From contig CM119271.1 in the NCBI GenBank assembly GCA_051294375.1, positions 10,972,338-11,036,337 on the forward strand: DNA of 64,000 bases, in the 5' to 3' direction. The DNA comes from Paraspadella gotoi (taxonomy: Eukaryota > Animalia > Chaetognatha). The notes beneath the pieces were generated by a model, which worked only from the letters and a program-made list of their open reading frames with translations, did not search any database and was not told the origin of the DNA. Every line of letters starts with the position of its first letter. Position 1 is the first letter of the stretch. The position numbers were made by a program, and so were the translations under genes. Below, in pieces: positions 1 through 12,524 of this stretch.

Positions 1-39
<39 letters not shown>

Positions 40-223
40 CTTCTCCTCTCCTCTTCCCTTGCTTTTCATTACGTTCTCCCGTAGGAAATCGTGTGTGTCT
101 TAGAAAAAGAGGAAACTTTTTTCTTTTCCTTTTTAATATTTCTTTTTTTCATTCGATTTTTGTAGTTCTTGCTATCTCCTTCTTTTTGCCTCTTTTCTCC
201 CCTCTTTCTTTCTCTCTATCTTA

Positions 224-288
<65 letters not shown>

Positions 289-511
289 ACTCTTCTCTCT
301 CATCNNNNNNNNNNNNNNNNNNNNNNNNNAAAAAGAAGAAGTCAGAGATTGTCTAGAAAGGCTGGATTGGAAGGATCAAGTCCCTCGTGGATTTTAAAAA
401 GAAAAAAGACAAAAGATTAGTGAGAAAAAATTGTGTGAGAAAAATCGTGGAAAGAGTGAATGTTACCGGATTAAGATTAAATGAATCTGTTATACAGCTG
501 ATCAGGATGGA

Positions 512-566
<55 letters not shown>

Positions 567-2069
567 AGAGAAGAAGAAAGTAAACCACCTCATATTCATT
601 ATGGTTGAAGGCGGATCTTTAGTTTTTAAATTTTTACTTTAAGATATTAATATATCTGAAAAAATCTAGTTAGCAGAATTAAAATTTAAGTCGTTTGCAT
701 AATTGTTATAAACGACAGTGCATACTTTTTCTTACCGAAAATAAATATAACTGTTGATCAGCGAATATTTTCTAAATACTACAACTCATGAAATGAAAAA
801 AAAAAAAATTAACCCGCGAAAAAACGCAAACACAAAAATAAAACCGAAAGAAAGAAAAATGGAATCGAAAAAATCATTCATTTTCGTACGACGAATCCGT
901 CGTCGTCTGCTCACTCGGAAATTTGATGTCACGTCGGGCCATTTATCACGTCGTCGTCACGGCAGGCATCGGTCGAAGCGCGAATCATTGAATTTTGTTT
1001 AATTCTTCTCTCGTTTTTGGTTTTCGTCGCGTCACGGACTCTCATCTGCTCTCTCTTCTCTCTCTTCTCTCTCTCTCTATCCCTCCTCTATCCCTCTCCC
1101 TTCTCATCGGTCTCGGTACACTCTTCTCTCTCCTCCCCTCTCCTCTCTCTGCTGTCTCTCTTTCGCTTTTTCATACCGGGTATCTCAATCGTACCGTAGG
1201 AAATCGGTGTCTTTAGAAAAGAGAAATCTTTTTCTTCCTTGAATATTTCTTTATTTTCATTCGATTTTTGGTAGATTTTTCTTGCATCTCCGTCTCTCCT
1301 TCTTGTTCTCTCTGTCCTCTTATCTCTCGTCTCCTCCTTGCTCTCCCTCTCCTTCTCTCTCCTCTTCCTGTCCTCTCTCTCTCGTTAATTTCTTATTCGC
1401 AGTTTAATATAGTTTTTCGCCATCGTTTTTTATTTCTTATTTCTTTCTTCTTCAAAATATTTTCCGTCAACTATAAATATTTCCATTTCATATTTTTCAA
1501 TTTCTCCAATTTTCCTTTTCCGTTTCCATTCCTCCTTTTCCAATCACTCTTCCATCTTTCCCTTTCCTCTTTTTCCACTCCCTCTTCTACATTTCCACTC
1601 GTCCTTCAGCTATGTTTAACTTTCACTTCCCTATTTTCCACTCCTTCCTTCTCTTTCCCCTTCTCCTTTTCCACTCTCTCTTCCATTTCCCCATTCATCT
1701 TTTTCCACATCTTTTCTACTTCAACTTTTCCCTTTTACACTTCCCCCAGCCTCTTCTTCCATTCTTTACTATTTTTCTATTTTCCACTCTTNNNNNNNNN
1801 NNNNNNNNNNNNNNNNNNNNNNNNNNNNNNNNNNNNNNNNNNNNNNNNNNNNNNNNNNNNNNNNNNNNNNNNNNNNNNNNNNNNNNNNNNNNNNNNNNNN
1901 NNNNNNNNNNNNNNNNNNNNNNNNNNNNNNNNNNNNNNNNNNNNNNNNNNNNNNNNNNNNNNNNNNNNNNNNNNNNNNNNNNNNNNNNNNNNNNNNNNNN
2001 NNNNNNNNNNNNNNNNNNAACTTCGTCGCCCTTCGTCGTTCTCTCATTCTTATTATAATTTTTCTTATC

Positions 2070-5000
2070 ACAATATTTATGACGAAATTCCTTTTTTTTT
2101 TAAGACTAGATTTTTTTTTCTCGAATTTCCGCTAGAGATTCCGTTCTCTGCTCTTGGGGGGGGGAGAGAAATGAGATAGGGGGAAGGAAGAGAGAAGAGG
2201 GCTAATCAGGCGACAGTCGAGAAACGAGGCCTGATTGCGATAGTGATGTGGAATGAGCCAGGCGTTTAGCGTAATATTGCAAGTTTTGCAGTACACATTT
2301 TTAAAATTTATTTTTCGAAACGTAGCGATCGGAATTGTGACTTTCCCGACAAAAGGCGAACTCCCTTTTTCACAGATGCCTTCAATCGTTGCATCACTCA
2401 CCGAATGGTCATCGGAATTATATCCTTATTCACATTTCGTTATCGCATAATGAATCACTCGGTCGATCAGTTCAACCGTTACATCAATTTGTTCGTAATT
2501 TTATATCAGCTCTCCTTCTTTTTCTCCCCCTCATTGTTTTCCTTCTCTATGAAATTGGTACAACCGATGTAAAAATTATCTATTTATTTGATAAATAAGC
2601 TATCTTGCTTCTGACCTCTGGCCTCCATCACTCTTACAAGATAATGACATAGCGGGTCCCTGCAAGCTTTTGATCAAGACTCTCTCACAGCCTCGTTTAT
2701 TCACTCCCAGATTACCGAGCTTCCCTATCAATGAAGAGGTACAAAATTTCAAATGAATATTTCAATTGTATGAAATATTTAACATTTAATATTTCCCCCT
2801 TAAACCCTTTTATTTCGGTTAGTTTATCACATTTTCCCCTTTGTCTTCTCTCTTAATAATTTCTTCTCTTCTCTTTTTTCTGTAAATCCTTTATTTTTCT
2901 CATTCATACTTCCTACGATTCGTTTTTGGTTTTCTTTGCTTTTCTTCCTTCACAAGGTTTCTTCGTCTATCGCTTTCAAATTACTCTTTCACATTAAACT
3001 CATACCGATTATTTCTTATTTTTTCTCGTTATTTCAATAAAAAAAGTATCGCGTGATTCTGAGAATGTCATCGCGAATCTTATTCGCGTTTGCCATCAAA
3101 CTAGCACCGAGTTGATAGTCGGACTCACTCTAAAAGTTCTTCTAGTTCACCATTTGCTCTTCCTTGGAGTATTTCGTGATACTGCAAGACTTTTTCTGTT
3201 CGAAATTTGTTATTGAAGAGAATAACTCTACTTTACTCGAGACATTGGATAAGCTGAACCTACGATAAGGCCACTCCTCTCATTCGCACCACGAGGTGTA
3301 CGAGCAAGTGAGTCGCCATTTTCTGATTTAGAGTAATGTACGAGTATATTCATCTACCATTCCTAAGCGAGACCCGTGTTCTTTATCAAGGATTATATTT
3401 TTTTCTTGTCACGCGACAACACAATGTAACGAAGAGTAGATAGAGAAATAATTCTTATTGAGACCCACCTCCTGCTTACTATCCACCGCCATAAATTTTG
3501 CGAAAAAAATTATTCTTGAGTTTAAGGGAGCGAGGTTCTAAGTATCAGAGCCACCATCCAGCCAACGTACACCGTCTTTGCTATCTTCTTCTTAACCCTA
3601 TCTCTTTCTCTCACCGCAGTTATGTAATACTCGTGACGACTCGAGAAACATCGTGAGACATCCCGAGATTTGACGCGCCGTCAAATAATATGGGGCCGAG
3701 ATTATCAGATGTTTTCGTGTGCTGTATTGTGTTCCCATTCCACAGTCACGAAAGGGGAGGTAAGTATTTATGAGGGGTTTGAGTAAGGGTTATATTTTGT
3801 GTGTAATAGTATTTGAATTATGTTTAAGGGTAAGGGAAAGATTTGAGAGAAGGAGTAAGGGAGAGATTTAGGGAAAGGATTAGGGAAGAGTTTAAAGGAA
3901 AAGTGTTAGGGAAATGGATTCACAAGAGGGAAAGAGTGTTGAGGGTGAAGAATTTATTGCATATAAGTATGGGAAATTTGTGAGAATTGGGAGGGATTTG
4001 TGGAAATGGTTAGGGGAAAGGTTTAGGGAAAGGGTTAGGGAAGAGTTTTAAGGAAAAGATGAATGATAAGGCAGTCAGATATATGATTTAGAGGTAAATT
4101 TGGGAGTTGGGAAATGGATTTAAGGGGAAAAAAGGAGTTTGGCGGAAAGAGTTTTATCGAATAAAGTAAGGGAAAGATTATGTGAGAATTCTGGGGAGGG
4201 ATTTGGGGGGAAAGGGTTAGGGGTAATGTATCGCAAATTGTGGGTAGAAACGTATATCAAAAAAGGAAAGACGAAATGACAAACAAAACAAATATCTCTT
4301 TCTATAGATGCGGTCATCACCATTTTCACCAAAGTGACTTTCCGGAGAGAGAGAATCGTGAGAAATTAAAGATATGAGAAGAAGAGTGTACCGAGGAGAG
4401 GAGAAGAGGACGATGGATCGATAGTACTATAATCTTAGAGATTTCTTACGTGAGAACATTTAGAGACCTTTATTGTCATCTATACCATTGACTCTCTTGG
4501 CTCGCCTTTGGCTTATCACTTGGCATGTGCCGTCCTGTTCTCTCTTTCTGTAACTTGCTCTCTTGCTGATGCTTTCTAACATTTCTGCTAGTGATCGACT
4601 ACGAGTCATTTAGGTCAAATGTGGGTAGGAAAAAGTGTTTGTGAATTAGCTGGAAAATTAGTGGGTCTTTTTTTGCGATGGAATCTGAGTTTGTGATATT
4701 TTGTAAGGAGATGAGTTTAATAGGACATTGCGTTGCATGTTTTTCCTTTTTAATATATTGGTAGAATATGCAAGATGTTATAAAATTGATCATGAGATTA
4801 ATCAGCTATAATTAATCAATTCTCATGTTAAGTTGTATTCATTTTTAATTAATCAGTCCAAATACTATTATCCATCAAACATAACTTTTTGGATTTTTAT
4901 AGTTATATTATTTAGTTTTGACAAAATTATAATTTAAAACTATGAACCATTAATTTATTTATTTAATTTATTCAATGATTGATAGCTTGTTTAATTTAAC

Positions 5001-8000
5001 GAGCGATAATGCTCGTAGGCTAGATCCGACAGTTTGTTATTGCTTCACACTTGTTTATACTATATTTGTGGTAATTTCCTCTTTCGTTTTGTTGTGTTTT
5101 GGTTTTGGCGAAAATCCAAAGTTAGGAGTTTGGTATTCCAACGATTATTAGAGTGTTAATATAACAGACCATGTTTCGCACTCTTGTTGAGTGATGAAGT
5201 TACATAGGAACACTAAGCGATATTAAAATCTTAAATCATAGCTGCGCTATTTTACGGCTTTCGCCTTTATGGTAAAGAGAGATTATTTTATTACAGTTAA
5301 TGTTTAAAGAAAATGGCACACGAGTTTTTCTCTTCAAACCTCATTTGATATTTTTATCTATTCACGATTAACCGATGTGAGAATGTCGAAGAGACACAAG
5401 TGAGGATAGATCAAATTAGCATCGGAGGCATCGCAGTACAGGGTGTATTAGCTATGTCAATCGTAAACCACTCTCATACGAGAGAAATAACAAGAGTAAC
5501 TAAATGACGTAAAATATGAAATTCCGGTTTTAATTGTCAACAAAACACCGGCGTGAGTAGTGAGGTGCCACGGTTATTGTGAGCACAGTCTTGATGAAAT
5601 GTTTAGGAAANNNNNNNNNNNNNNNNNNNNNNNNNTCCGATTTTTCTTTTTCTCGTTTATTCAAAAAAAAATATCGCGTGATTCTGAATTCACGCGAATC
5701 TTTTCGCGTTTCCATCAGACTCACCGTCTGATGTCGACTCACCGCCTCCTTGAATTTTCGTGATATCAGTTGTGTTGAAAAGAATATCTATTTACCACAG
5801 GAAAGAAATTGTTCTATTCATTTTTCGTCTCTGATAACTGAAGTTCGTCCGTCTGTCGTCGTCGTCTTCATTCAATTGTCGTTTTATTGCTAGCTCGATT
5901 CGTATAGTCGCATCTCTTTATGCATGTTGCGATCGTCGTCAGTCTGTGCACTATGTCGACTAGTGTCAGTTCATCGATCAAATTGTCCCCCTGTTATATA
6001 TCTGTAACAGGTCGTTCCAGTCTTTTTCATCATCGTCGAGATAACAGTTGCGTCGTTTGCTCTTACAAATAAACGTCGTCATCATCGTCTCGACTTGTTC
6101 ACGTCGTCGTTGATCGTTGTTCATGGCTTCATCGTCGGTTCAGTCTGTCATTTCCGTTTCTATCGTATTCGTTAGTATCGTCGGTTATCAGTTCATGCTT
6201 GGACATAATTGTTGTATTCTGTTGATTCTCCCTTCAGGTGCAGTTTGTCGTGTCTATCGTCGTAGATTTAGTCTTCTCGAGATTTGTCGTCTTTGCGTCT
6301 CTCGTCGATCGTCGTCACAGTAAGGTTGTCATTATAAAGACAAGGTTCATTGTTCAGATCGTCTTCATCGTTCAGGTCAGATCGCTCATCAATATACATT
6401 CGTTCTGTATCTGTACTACTCGTCGTACGCTCTGTCTTCATTCTTTGTCGTCTATCAGTCCGTTACCTATTACGTGCCCAGTTAATGACGGTTAGGTCGT
6501 TCGTTCGTCGTTTCGGACATATGGCATACGGCTTGCAATAATCCAGGCAGAATAGACAAGTATTTGTAAGTTTCTAATTATGTTAGTTTTTTAATTTATG
6601 TTATTCAATTCTATAAAACCGAGATTTTTTTTCAGTCGTTTTCAAATTATAGTATCGTTCGCTGTTTTCTTACACGATCTGCCAACTCACTCTCTCGTCC
6701 TTCTCTTCTTTCTTCTACTGACTCCGCGTCCTCTCTTCCTCGGCATCTTCTAATCCGTAGTCAATCTATGAGACTGGGCTGGAGACTTTCCCTAGATGAT
6801 TAATATCTCATACTGTCTTCTCTCTTCTAAAGACTCCGCTCTCTACGAGTCTTTTTCTCATTCTGACTTTCTCTCATTCTTTTTCATCTCTCTCTCTTCT
6901 CATCTCATCACGTTCTCTTCTCTACTCACTCTTCTCTCTCTCTCTCATATCTCACGGAAAATCTGCCAATACTCTTTCGCCGGTGTTTCCATTAAACGTT
7001 TATTCTCGCCACACTGGTCCTTTTAATATTTGCTGTTTGTAAATCATTCGAATTATTTGGTGTACTTTGTTTTCTGTTGTTCTTTGCATGTCTCTTCTGT
7101 CTAACTTCTTTCTTCTCTCATCTCACATTTCTCCATTATTCTCTCGTGCTTTACGTATCTCTCATGTCAGCTTTTCTTGCTCAATATCTTCGTCTCATCT
7201 CTATCTGTGCTCTACTCTCTCTCTCTCTCTCTTCTCTTTCTCGATCTCGCGTAAATTCTTGCTCACAATATCTAAAACTTTATTTATAAATTTTTCTTAT
7301 GTTATCATTATAAATATGCGGCCCATTATTAAGCGGTTATTTTTGATTTTCTTATTCTCCGTTTTCTTTCTCTCCAATAATATATTTAAATCCCGTCAAC
7401 TATATAAAATAATTATATGGTTCCTCATAAATTTCTATAATTATGTGCAATTTTTTCTTCTCAAATTCTTATACGCTCTCTTTATATTCCAGAGAGCTCA
7501 TTTAAAACATTTTCATTCCCTTTCCTAATCACTCTTGCAAAATCTTTCCTGTAATATATATAAGTCCGATCTGGTCTCCTTCTACCCTCGGCTATTTCTT
7601 AATCATTCGTGCAATATCATATCAATTCAGCGATATTTGTTTTAATATTAGCTACCCTGACTCTCGTTTAATATAGGCTAGTATCCTCCGCACACTCTCT
7701 TATATACCTTTCTCTCATTCCTTTCCTTCTTTGCGCGTTCGTGGTTCACTCTCTCGTGCCATTTCAGCTCACCGTCTCAGCTCAATCTATCTTGGCTCAG
7801 CAGAGTCTTTCTCCTATCTTTAAACATAACTTTCATCATTTCAACTATCACCACTCGCGATGTTCTCTGTCCCATCATTACTTTTCACCGTTACTGTTTC
7901 CGTTTCCGTTATGTCTCTTCACTCCTTACTATATAAATTTACTACATTACTCCGCTATATTCTCGAGACTCTTGCGTGGCATTCCTGCGATGCACATCGC

Positions 8001-10560
8001 TCTCTAGTATTGTGTTTGGGGGCCAATGCTCTCGACCGTAGTTGTTACTCTCAACTCTCCCCTCTTTTTCCTTCTTCGGCGCCCCCTGTTTACCGAAGCT
8101 GGCTGACATAAGTCTTACTGCATGGCGAATCGACCCAGAGTGTGACAAAACGGGAGTATTTAAATTGGAAAAAACAGATTTCAAAAATATTTATGACGAT
8201 TTCGTCTCACTCTGACACCTTACGCATCGCCCTTCGTTACGTACTCTCAGAGTTCATGCTTGATAGTATGTGAGCAATTTTTTCTATCACAAAATATTTA
8301 TGACGAAATTCCTTTTTTTTTTAAGACTTAGATTTTTTTTTCTCGTTCCGCTGAGATTCGCGTTCTCGTGCTCTTGGGGGATTGGGGAGAGAAATAGAAT
8401 CATGGGGGAAGGAAGAGAGAAGAGTGGCTATTAATCAGGGCGACAGTCCGAGAAACGAGGGCCTGAATTGACGATTTATGGAGTTGGTGGAATGAGCCAG
8501 CGCAAGTTATAGCGTAATATGTCTAAGAAAGTGTTTGCAGTACAACATTATTAAAAACTTATTGGAATTATCCGAAACGGTAGCGAATCCGGAAAATTTG
8601 TGACTGTTCCGAACAAAAGATGCGGAACTCACCCTTTTTCACAGATTGCCTTCAATCGTTTGCAATCAGACTCACACGAATGGTCATGACGGAATATATA
8701 TGCCTTATTCACATTTCGTTATCGCATAAATGAATCCACTAGGTCGATTAGTTCAAGCCGTTACATCAATTCTGTTCGTAATTTTAATATCAGCATCTCC
8801 TTCTTTTTCTCAACCACCTTCCTATTGTTTTCCCTTCTTCATATTGAAATTTTGGTTACAACCGATGTATTTATATATAATTATCTATTTATTTGATAAA
8901 AATACAGACTATCTTGTGAATAGCTTCTGACCTCATGGCCTTTCTTCTATCACTCACTGTCTACATATGATTAATGACTATATGACCCCCCGGAGGGGTT
9001 GGGGTTTCCCATGGGGCACGAGAGCCCCCCATAGCTTTTTGAAAAAATCAAAGAAAAGAAATAAACTCATCTGCCAGCCTCGATAATTTATTCACATCCA
9101 CAGATTATTCGACGAGCTTCGCCGTATCAATGAAGAGGTACAAAATTTCAAATGAATATTTCAATTGTATGAAGATATTTAATCATATTTAATATTATTT
9201 TCCCCCTTAAACCCTTTTATTTCGGTTAGTTTATCACATTTTCCCCTTTGTCTTCTCTCTTAATAATTTCTTCTCTTCTCTTTTTTCTGTAAATCCTTTA
9301 TTTTTCTCATTCATACTTCCTACGATTCGTTTTTGGTTTTCTTTGCTTTTCTTCCTTCACAAGGTTTCTTCGTCTATCGCTTTCAAATTACTCTTTCACA
9401 TTAAACTCATACCGATTATTTCTTATTTTTTCTCGTTATTTCAATAAAAAAAGTATCGCGTGATTCTGAGAATGTCATCGCGAATCTTATTCGCGTTTGC
9501 CATCAAACTAGCACCGAGTTGATAGTCGGACTCACTCTAAAAGTTCTTCTAGTTCACCATTTGCTCTTCCTTGGAGTATTTCGTGATACTGCAAGACTTT
9601 TTCTGTTCGAAATTTGTTATTGAAGAGAATAACTCTACTTTACTCGAGACATTGGATAAGCTGAACCTACGATAAGGCCACTCCTCTCATTCGCACCACG
9701 AGGTGTACGAGCAAGTGAGTCGCCATTTTCTGATTTAGAGTAATGTACGAGTATATTCATCTACCATTCCTAAGCGAGACCCGTGTTCTTTATCAAGGAT
9801 TATATTTTTTTCTTGTCACGCGACAACACAATGTAACGAAGAGTAGATAGAGAAATAATTCTTATTGAGACCCACCTCCTGCTTACTATCCACCGCCATA
9901 AATTTTGCGAAAAAAATTATTCTTGAGTTTAAGGGAGCGAGGTTCTAAGTATCAGAGCCACCATCCAGCCAACGTACACCGTCTTTGCTATCTTCTTCTT
10001 AACCCTATCTCTTTCTCTCACCGCAGTTATGTAATACTCGTGACGACTCGAGAAACATCGTGAGACATCCCGANNNNNNNNNNNNNNNNNNNNNNNNNCT
10101 CCACCCATTTTATACTCTAGACTCGAAACTCTGACCCCGATTTGACCCGCGGCAAATATGGGGCCGAGATTTCGAGTCGGGCGAGGTTCCATTCCAGTCG
10201 GAAAGGGGGTAAAGATTTAGGGGGTAAGGGTTATTGGGAAGGATTTGTTTAAGGGGTAAGGGAAAGATTTGAGAGAAGGAGTAAGGGGAGAGATTTAGGG
10301 GAAAGGATTAGGGGAAGAGTTTAAGGAAAAGTGTTAGGGAAAGGATTCAAGGGAAAAGGTTGAGGGGAAAGATTTATCGGGAATAAGTATGGGAAAGATT
10401 TGTGAGAATTGGGAGGGATTTGTGGAAATGGGTTAGGGGAAAGTTTTAGGGAGAAAGAGGGAAGAGTTTGAAGGGAAAGTGTTAGGGATGAAAGGATTTA
10501 GGGAAAGGGATTTAGAGGGGCAAATTTGATGCGAAATAAGTAAGGGGAATGAGATTCTGT
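2070..10560 (+). repeat. Direct duplication (~2070-4250 and ~8290-10560, probably extending further upstream)
   Basis: AATATTTATGACGAAATTCC at 2072 and 8293; about 2790-3667 appears identical to about 9195-10073; a third fragment lies at 5640-5730. Confidence 0.92.
2551..2775 (+). repeat. Unclassified ~220-bp interspersed repeat, family C
   Basis: GAAATTGGTACAACC...AATAAGCTATCTT...GGTCCCTGCAAGCTTT...CAAGACTCTC...TTCCCTATCAATGAAG. Related copies near 8845, 10880, 18540, 30350, 31065 (-), 56005 (-) and 63753. Confidence 0.8.
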
Positions 10561-10594
10561 GAGAATCTGGAGTAAAGGCTCTGGATTTGTAGTT

Positions 10595-10765
10595 AGTGCC
10601 GACTTAGGATTTGAGGTTTTTTCCTGTCTTAACAAATGAAAACCAACATGTAGGCGGAGTTATGAGCATTTTTAACTGTAAGTGGGGACAGACTGAGGGA
10701 CTAAGATACGACTGACCAACCGATAAGTGACGTTATCGAGTTACTCTGTCGAGTAATTTGCTTTT
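10595..10765 (-). mobile_element. HINE family A, degenerate copy
   Basis: Shares GATTTGAGG..TGTCTTAACAAATGA, TAAGTGGGACAGACTGA and AAGTGAC.TTAT.GAGTT with 20299-20562. Confidence 0.55.
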
Positions 10766-11106
10766 CTAGTGAAACGCGTTGGAAATTTCTCAAAGAGACA
10801 ATTGTGTGACACATCGAAAAAAAAAGGCTTCACTGCATCGGTAATTTTTTTTTCGTGAATAGCCACGAGTCTATATGAAATTAATACAACCAATAACAAA
10901 ATTCCATCCATAATAAGTTATCTTTGGTCAGGCTTTAGGCGTTCCAAGGGCCGCAATAACTTTACTATAACTCAGCAGGGCCCTAAAAGCTAGCGATCAA
11001 GACTCTCTCACAATCTAGTTTATTTACTCCTCGACTGAAGAGTCGCGTATCATTTCTCGAACGCTATATTTTGCGTTTGTGGAATGTGATCGTTTGGTTT
11101 TGGCTC

Positions 11107-11187
11107 GGATCACGAATCACGAACGAATCTCGAATCACGAATCACGAATCACGAATCACGAATCACGATCACGAATCACGAATCAGA
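11107..11187 (+). repeat. (GAATCAC)n heptamer repeat
   Basis: Read directly from the sequence. Confidence 0.9.
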
Positions 11188-11949
11188 ATCTTACTGGAAA
11201 GTCATTTTTTCTTCGTGACTCAGACACTCATCTTGGGTTTTCTATCCTGAGGAATCTCGCTCCGTCGCTATCGTCGTCGTCGTCGTCGTTTTTGTCGTCC
11301 GTCGTCGGTTCATCTTTCAATCGTTGCTCGTCGTCGTGTCGTCGTCGTCGTCGTCGTCGCGATTTAAAACTTACAACCACTCAAGGGTTAGTGATTGCAG
11401 CACCCTTGACCTCTGCATCTCTCAACTTCTCGCCATAGCAACCTGACGACACTGCATGCAGAGATGCTCGATGACAACTACAAAGATACAGACAATGATG
11501 TGAACGTCGATGCGAGGATGAATGACAAAAACGCGAATCGTGAGACGACAAAGACGACGAGTTATTGACAAAGACGACGACAACAACGATTCAAAAAAAA
11601 AAGACAATGACGATGACGACGACAACGACGACTAAAAAACGAAGAGAAGAACAACAAGAGAGACAAATGCATGAACACAGAAACGACTGAAGGATTGACG
11701 ATGGCGGATAACAACGACAACAATAGCGACAACAACAACAACCATAACAACAACGACGACGACGCGGAGGGCAATATTCCTCCAGGATGATGACGAATTT
11801 TATTGATCGGAAAAATGAAGGAAAAAGGAAATATGATAAGCAGATTTGGAGGAGCGTGATAAAGGTACTGATTATACGGCGGGGGGAAAGTCCCAAAGAA
11901 AACTTTCCTGTACCTCCCTGAGCAGTATCCTCTCTCTCTCTTTCTTCTC

Positions 11950-11996
<47 letters not shown>

Positions 11997-12204
11997 TCTC
12001 TTTCTCTCTTCTCTCCTCTCCTCTCTCTTCTTTCTTTCTCGATTCTCTCTATCTCTCTCCAAACACACACACGCTCTCCAGTTTTTTCTCCTTTTAGTCG
12101 CACTCGTATTTATCGTTCTTTAGTTTCATACTTTCATTATTCTATATATAACCTGAAATTGGTTATTTATTATATGCTTCTGCCCTAGCAAGGATATTCG
12201 CCGG

Positions 12205-12460
12205 AAAAGACAACTCATAAGTCACTTTTCTGTTCGGTCTGTTACCAGGATCGGTCCGGTCCGATCAGAGTCGGTTGATTGTCTGTCCGTCAGCTCGGGT
12301 CTTGCCCACTTATTACCGTTAAAAATGCAGTATTAAATTTCCCTTAGTTGCTCTTTTGTTTATGTACACTCGTCTATGTCATGTCACGCAGAATACATGT
12401 TTGATAGGCAGTCACTGTCGGCGCCGCAACGGCATTTGAAATTACTCGTTCCTTGTCTTT
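12205..12460 (+). mobile_element. HINE family A, degenerate copy
   Basis: CAACTCATAAGTCACTTTTC + GGTC repeats ... GCAAC.GCATTTGAAATTACTCGTTCCTTGT, colinear with 31970-32235. Confidence 0.55.
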
Positions 12461-12492
12461 TTTGTTTCCTAGCGTCCTTTCTTTCTTTCTTT

Positions 12493-12524
<32 letters not shown>

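Noticed and set aside
2205-2450. Possible exon in complex sequence
   Set aside because: No recognisable protein, competing frames, and the duplicate at 8430-8730 does not preserve a frame.
3775-4225. Telomeric TTAGGG array (also 10200-10550 and 31568-31720)
   Set aside because: Highly degenerate and interstitial, with no run of perfect units.
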